Shown here: positions 60,007 to 64,000 of the stretch, one piece after another | How the letters are laid out: each line of letters starts with the position of its first letter | How positions within the stretch are numbered: position 1 is the first letter of the stretch | NCBI GenBank assembly: GCA_008632985.1 | Contig: QPGO01000040.1 | Location: forward strand, 253,719-317,718 | Direction of reading: 5' to 3' | Length of the DNA: 64,000 bases | DNA from: Psammoneis japonica | Taxonomy: Eukaryota | Translations under genes and position numbers: made by a program | Notes under the pieces: generated by a model | Seen by the model: the letters and a program-made list of their open reading frames with translations, nothing else | What the model was told of the DNA's origin: nothing | Database searches by the model: none

Positions 60007-60589
60007 CTCTCATTGGGTCTTTGCAGTGGGCCGCATCCCTTGGGTGCATTGACATCACCACAGTCGTCATGTTCCTGTCCAGCTTCCGATCCGCACCCCA
60101 TCAAAGCCATTTGGACCATGCCAAGCATGTCGAGGTTTCCTGTCTGAGATGTGACATGGTGTCTTGCAAGTGCACACCAAGTGACCCGACTGTTTGGACC
60201 TTCACAAGCCTGTGTGCAACTGGGCTCAAATTGTGCACGGCAGTGTGAAGGAACTGATCCCAGAAGACGCGCCTGAGCCCCTTGGCAAATTCGTCACCAC
60301 CGCACATTGTGTTGGTGCGAACTTGTTTCACTGCAGGCTCACTGGGTGCTCCATCATGGGCATTCTTGATGTCCTCAACAAGTTCCTGGCTGACTGGCTC
60401 TTCAAGAAACAAGCTGCAGTTGAGACCGCAACTTGTGGGTCTGAATTTGTTGCTGCCACCAGGACTTGTGCAGAGCAAATCATTGATCTGCGCACCATGC
60501 TGCGTCACCTTGGGGCTCTGATTTGTGACCAATGTCACATGTTCGGGGACAACAAGTTGGTTGTTGACAGCACCACCATCCCACACTCT

Positions 60590-63500
60590 AAAAAAAACCC
60601 AGCCCAATTTAAAGTGCCGCCGCACCTTTGCCCAGCAACACCGGCGCCGGCCAACCCACACCTCCAGCACACTTGACTTGCAAGTGCGGCAGAAGTGGAT
60701 GCGACCAGCCTGAAACGGTGCCTCCCGGAGGAGACGCCCGACGGAAATAACTGGCAATGGTGCGTGTGCCACGACGCGCCAGTTTCCTGGCTTCCTTCAA
60801 ACTTTCTTTTAATCGGGGACGAACCGCAGCGATCCAATTCTGAATTCGAGCCGTTGTGAACGTCTTGTGTTCTTCCACTGAATCAAGAAGGGCTGCTCAA
60901 TCTTTCGCAAGGTGCTCTTGTTGTTTGTCACATGTTGCGGTCAGTTCTGCTTCTGCCATTCACCGTTGGGATGACTTGCGTGAATCCGCATCGTGGCCAT
61001 GCACAAATGCATTGTGTTCCTCCCACAGTTCCCACCATTGTCTCCAGATGAATGACCCGATCTGTGCCATCCAATCTGGTGGATGCTTGTCTTCAGCTTC
61101 ACATTGGCGAAGGACACCCGAATCCCGCAAATGTCCCGACTGAATCAGGTTCCACAAAGTTGAACAGCGGCCACTAAAAATCTGTCTCCAACCAATGTCT
61201 GATTGCGCGCGCCACAGCTCCCGACAGCGGCAATCGACATCGTCCGTGCAAATGATCTCTTCGTTAAACCAGGCTTGAAGAGAATTGATGAGGAAGTCTC
61301 GTAGAGTTGGCATTGCATCGATGTGGTCGCAATGTTTCCGAAGGCCTTGTGGAAACTTCCGGCGCCATGCTTCGTTTTCTGGACATCGAAGGATGTGATC
61401 CCTGTCTTCCACAGGATGCTCACACTCAAGGCAGTGATGAGGACGAACCGGATTGTGCCGGTGTGTTGTCTTGTTGGCAGGAAGGAGATCGTGTGCGAGT
61501 TTCACCGTGCCAACGTGTTGCTTGGAATGACGCTTGATCAAAACTGCGTGGGCATCCCAGTTCACGAGGTCAACAACCTCTCGTCGCCATTGATTGCGCT
61601 CGACTGTGTGCTCCAACAGCTGGGGAGCAGCAGCTGCATTTCGAAGCTGTTGCTTGCAACCAGAGGTCAAGGTGCCGTCTGCAAGCAACAAGTGAGAATG
61701 GCAGTGAGGAAACGGGAGAACACGTGATGTGTCCCAATCACAGCGACCTTGACAGGCGCCAGCAAGTCGATCCGCTCTGATGTTCACTCTTGCATTTGGG
61801 GGAAGTGAGCCAACAGGAGCGTGCTTGTCTTGATGCCCCTTTGCCCACTTGATCGACATGTTTTCCGGATCTTGCAATTGTTGAAACACATGCAATGTCT
61901 CGTCAATGACATCCCAATCCGAGGACAGCGCATTGGCTCCGTGGTGTCGTAAATAAAAATCACGTGAATCGTGAGAAGAGTCTTCTGGATTTGGAGCGGG
62001 AAGGGTGAGAGCAAGCTTCTTGAGACAGGACACAAGCGACTTGTTGTCACAATGAATGTCCAATGTCTTGTTCAATCTGGAATGGTGACATGCAACACAT
62101 CGGCAGATAAAACGAAGAATGGAAAGGACACCGCAAGCCTCTGCACGGTGCGACGATGGTTCATGCCCGAAACTGGTCCTGCACAATCTACGAGGGGAAC
62201 CCCTTGGAGTGTGATCGACCACCCAAAGGCAGCGCCTTCGTTGACAGATCCATCACTTCCCGCGACAAGTGCAGAAGAGTCGAAGTGTTGAACCAAGAGA
62301 AGGGGGGAAACATGGAAATCTAGTTCCGCAAACAGCTGAGATTCCCATTGAGGGAGTGATTTCAGCATGTCTTGAAAAGAATCTGGAGCACTCGGTGCGA
62401 TTGCAGGGGCCACCGTCGTTCTTGGGATGCTGAATTGCCATCTTCCGTCTTCTGTCGTAGTGACGTCTGCTGGGTGTGATTCATCGGTTGGCGCTGGTGC
62501 CACCTCGATCTCTCCAATGGATGCCGCTCTCGTTCCGTCGACCAAGAAGATCTCAAACCCTGACGGGCCCTTGACGTGTGGGCAATTTTCTGAGGAAGAA
62601 CAACAAGCTGACGCCTGCATGCGCATCTGCGATGGAGGAACTGGCCAGTCTCCCAGTGGTTCCTTTGAACGAATTGTGGAGGCATGGCACAGGGTTTTGC
62701 AAAATTTCTTCCACACTGACCAGGCCCGAGCATTCGGCTTGTGTTGTTCAACATTGTTCAACGCACTCACACTGCTCCGAATCGAGGGGTCACCATTTGC
62801 CTTGGTTTCATCCAAATGTGTGCCATCCGCTGGGGTCATGTCGGAGACTGCAAGCACACGAAGGAACAATCGGCAACAATCAATCCATCGGATTTCTCTG
62901 TGACTGAACTGTTGTGATCGAAGCACAACATCCACAACAAATTGGTCGTTGTCACGTTGAAGGGGCAGAATGCCATTGTGTGTCAGACAGACTTTGCCCT
63001 TGATTCCATGCAGAAACGAGCGAACTGAAGCGAACCAACACGATTCAAGGTGTGGCAACGGAGTGTCGACGTCCCATGAGAAGCTGTCACCTGTGCCCAA
63101 GTTCAGCTGTGTCCATGCGATTGCGACATGAAACAGTTTGTGAGGTTGATCCTCTCCGAGATGCAGATTCTCGACTCCCCGGGAATGTTTCAGCAATTGC
63201 TGCAATTGGGCCACACCCTGCTCTGCGTCAAGGGATCTAAAACCTCCTCCACCGAGTGCTTGGGGACCGTGTAGAATGAGTCGTTTGGTGTTGCGGTTGT
63301 AACCACATTTGGCAAATGTCACTCTCATCGCCTTCTGCTGAACTTTCTGGAGCTCTTTGTCCTGAAAATTAGAATTCGGCAACANNNNNNNNNNNNNNNN
63401 NNNNNNNNNNNNNNNNNNNNNNNNNNNNNNNNNNNNNNNNNNNNNNNNNNNNNNNNNNNNNNNNNNNNNNNNNNNNNNNNNNNNNNNNNNNNNNNNNNNN

Positions 63501-64000
63501 NNNNNNNNNNNNNNNNNNNNNNNNNNNNNNNNNNNNNNNNNNNNNNNNNNNNNNNNNNNNNNNNNNNNNNNNNNNNNNNNNNNNNNNNNNNNNNNNNNNN
63601 NNNNNNNNNNNNNNNNNNNNNNNNNNNNNNNNNNNNNNNNNNNNNNNNNNNNNNNNNNNNNNNNNNNNNNNNNNNNNNNNNNNNNNNNNNNNNNNNNNNN
63701 NNNNNNNNNNNNNNNNNNNNNNNNNNNNNNNNNNNNNNNNNNNNNNNNNNNNNNATCTTGTTTCAAGGCATGGGACAATTCGAACGCTGTTGGTTGGGGG
63801 CCAGTCCTAAACTCGTTGACCTGTTTGGAAGTGTCATCGACGTAGCCTCTGTTGTGTGCTCTAATGAAGAACTTCCCATCTGGAGTCTCGAAAAAGGACC
63901 CGATCGCATTGGCGTCAAAAATGTCAAACAAACGACTGCACAGGGTGTTCCAGCACCAAGGAGAGTTGCCGCTCCCTTGTCCTGTTCCGTAAAGAGGGTG
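60590..64000 (-). mobile_element. Ambal-like non-LTR retrotransposon (RT + RNase H + zinc finger), truncating the Copia
   Basis: YVDD (about 63835); GPQALGGGGF; RNase H SDGS...FGW, SSHRAEACG, HCDN, WAKGHQD, NIRADRLA; CLECEHPVEDRDHILRC. Confidence 0.85.
63385..63755. other. Assembly gap
   Basis: Run of N. Confidence 1.

Larger units (their letters stand above)
54738..60590 (+). mobile_element. Ty1/Copia (CoDi-like) LTR retrotransposon, degraded, with three nested insertions
   Basis: gag MVLTR...FKQGLKRDP; integrase EPVATDTV, WQSEPHQQHQNFAE; RT DVKHNGRHKARLVASGHLT, HVDNL; RNase H ETATCGSEFVAA, FGDNK. Confidence 0.92.

Overview
Eukaryotic DNA, almost certainly from a diatom (CoDi-type Copia, Ambal-like LINE, Crypton, helicase-associated-domain family, COG3899-type ATPase). 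It alternates between gene islands of normal composition (about 0.4-4.6, 6.4-7.8, 11-16.5 and 42.4-52.9 kb) and transposon-rich blocks (about 4.6-6.4, 7.9-10.9, 17.3-42.3 and 53-63.2 kb). The transposon-rich blocks have lost most TpA dinucleotides. Conserved Tyr residues in five unrelated element classes read Cys (TAY>TGY) or His (TAY>CAY), and paired LTRs/TIRs differ by TA/TG/CA changes. This points to a repeat-targeted A:T>G:C hypermutation at TpA, the reverse of fungal RIP, and is the main candidate for an undescribed system. Other highlights: a Helitron next to SET-, TET/JBP-like- and DOT1-like chromatin-modifier genes; two miniature LTR elements with tRNA-like Pol III boxes; a Crypton with motif-bearing introns; and two intact pseudoenzymes (UBA1 lacking its catalytic Cys, Cu/Zn-SOD lacking its Cu ligands). 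All family calls come from motif recognition by eye, not database searches.
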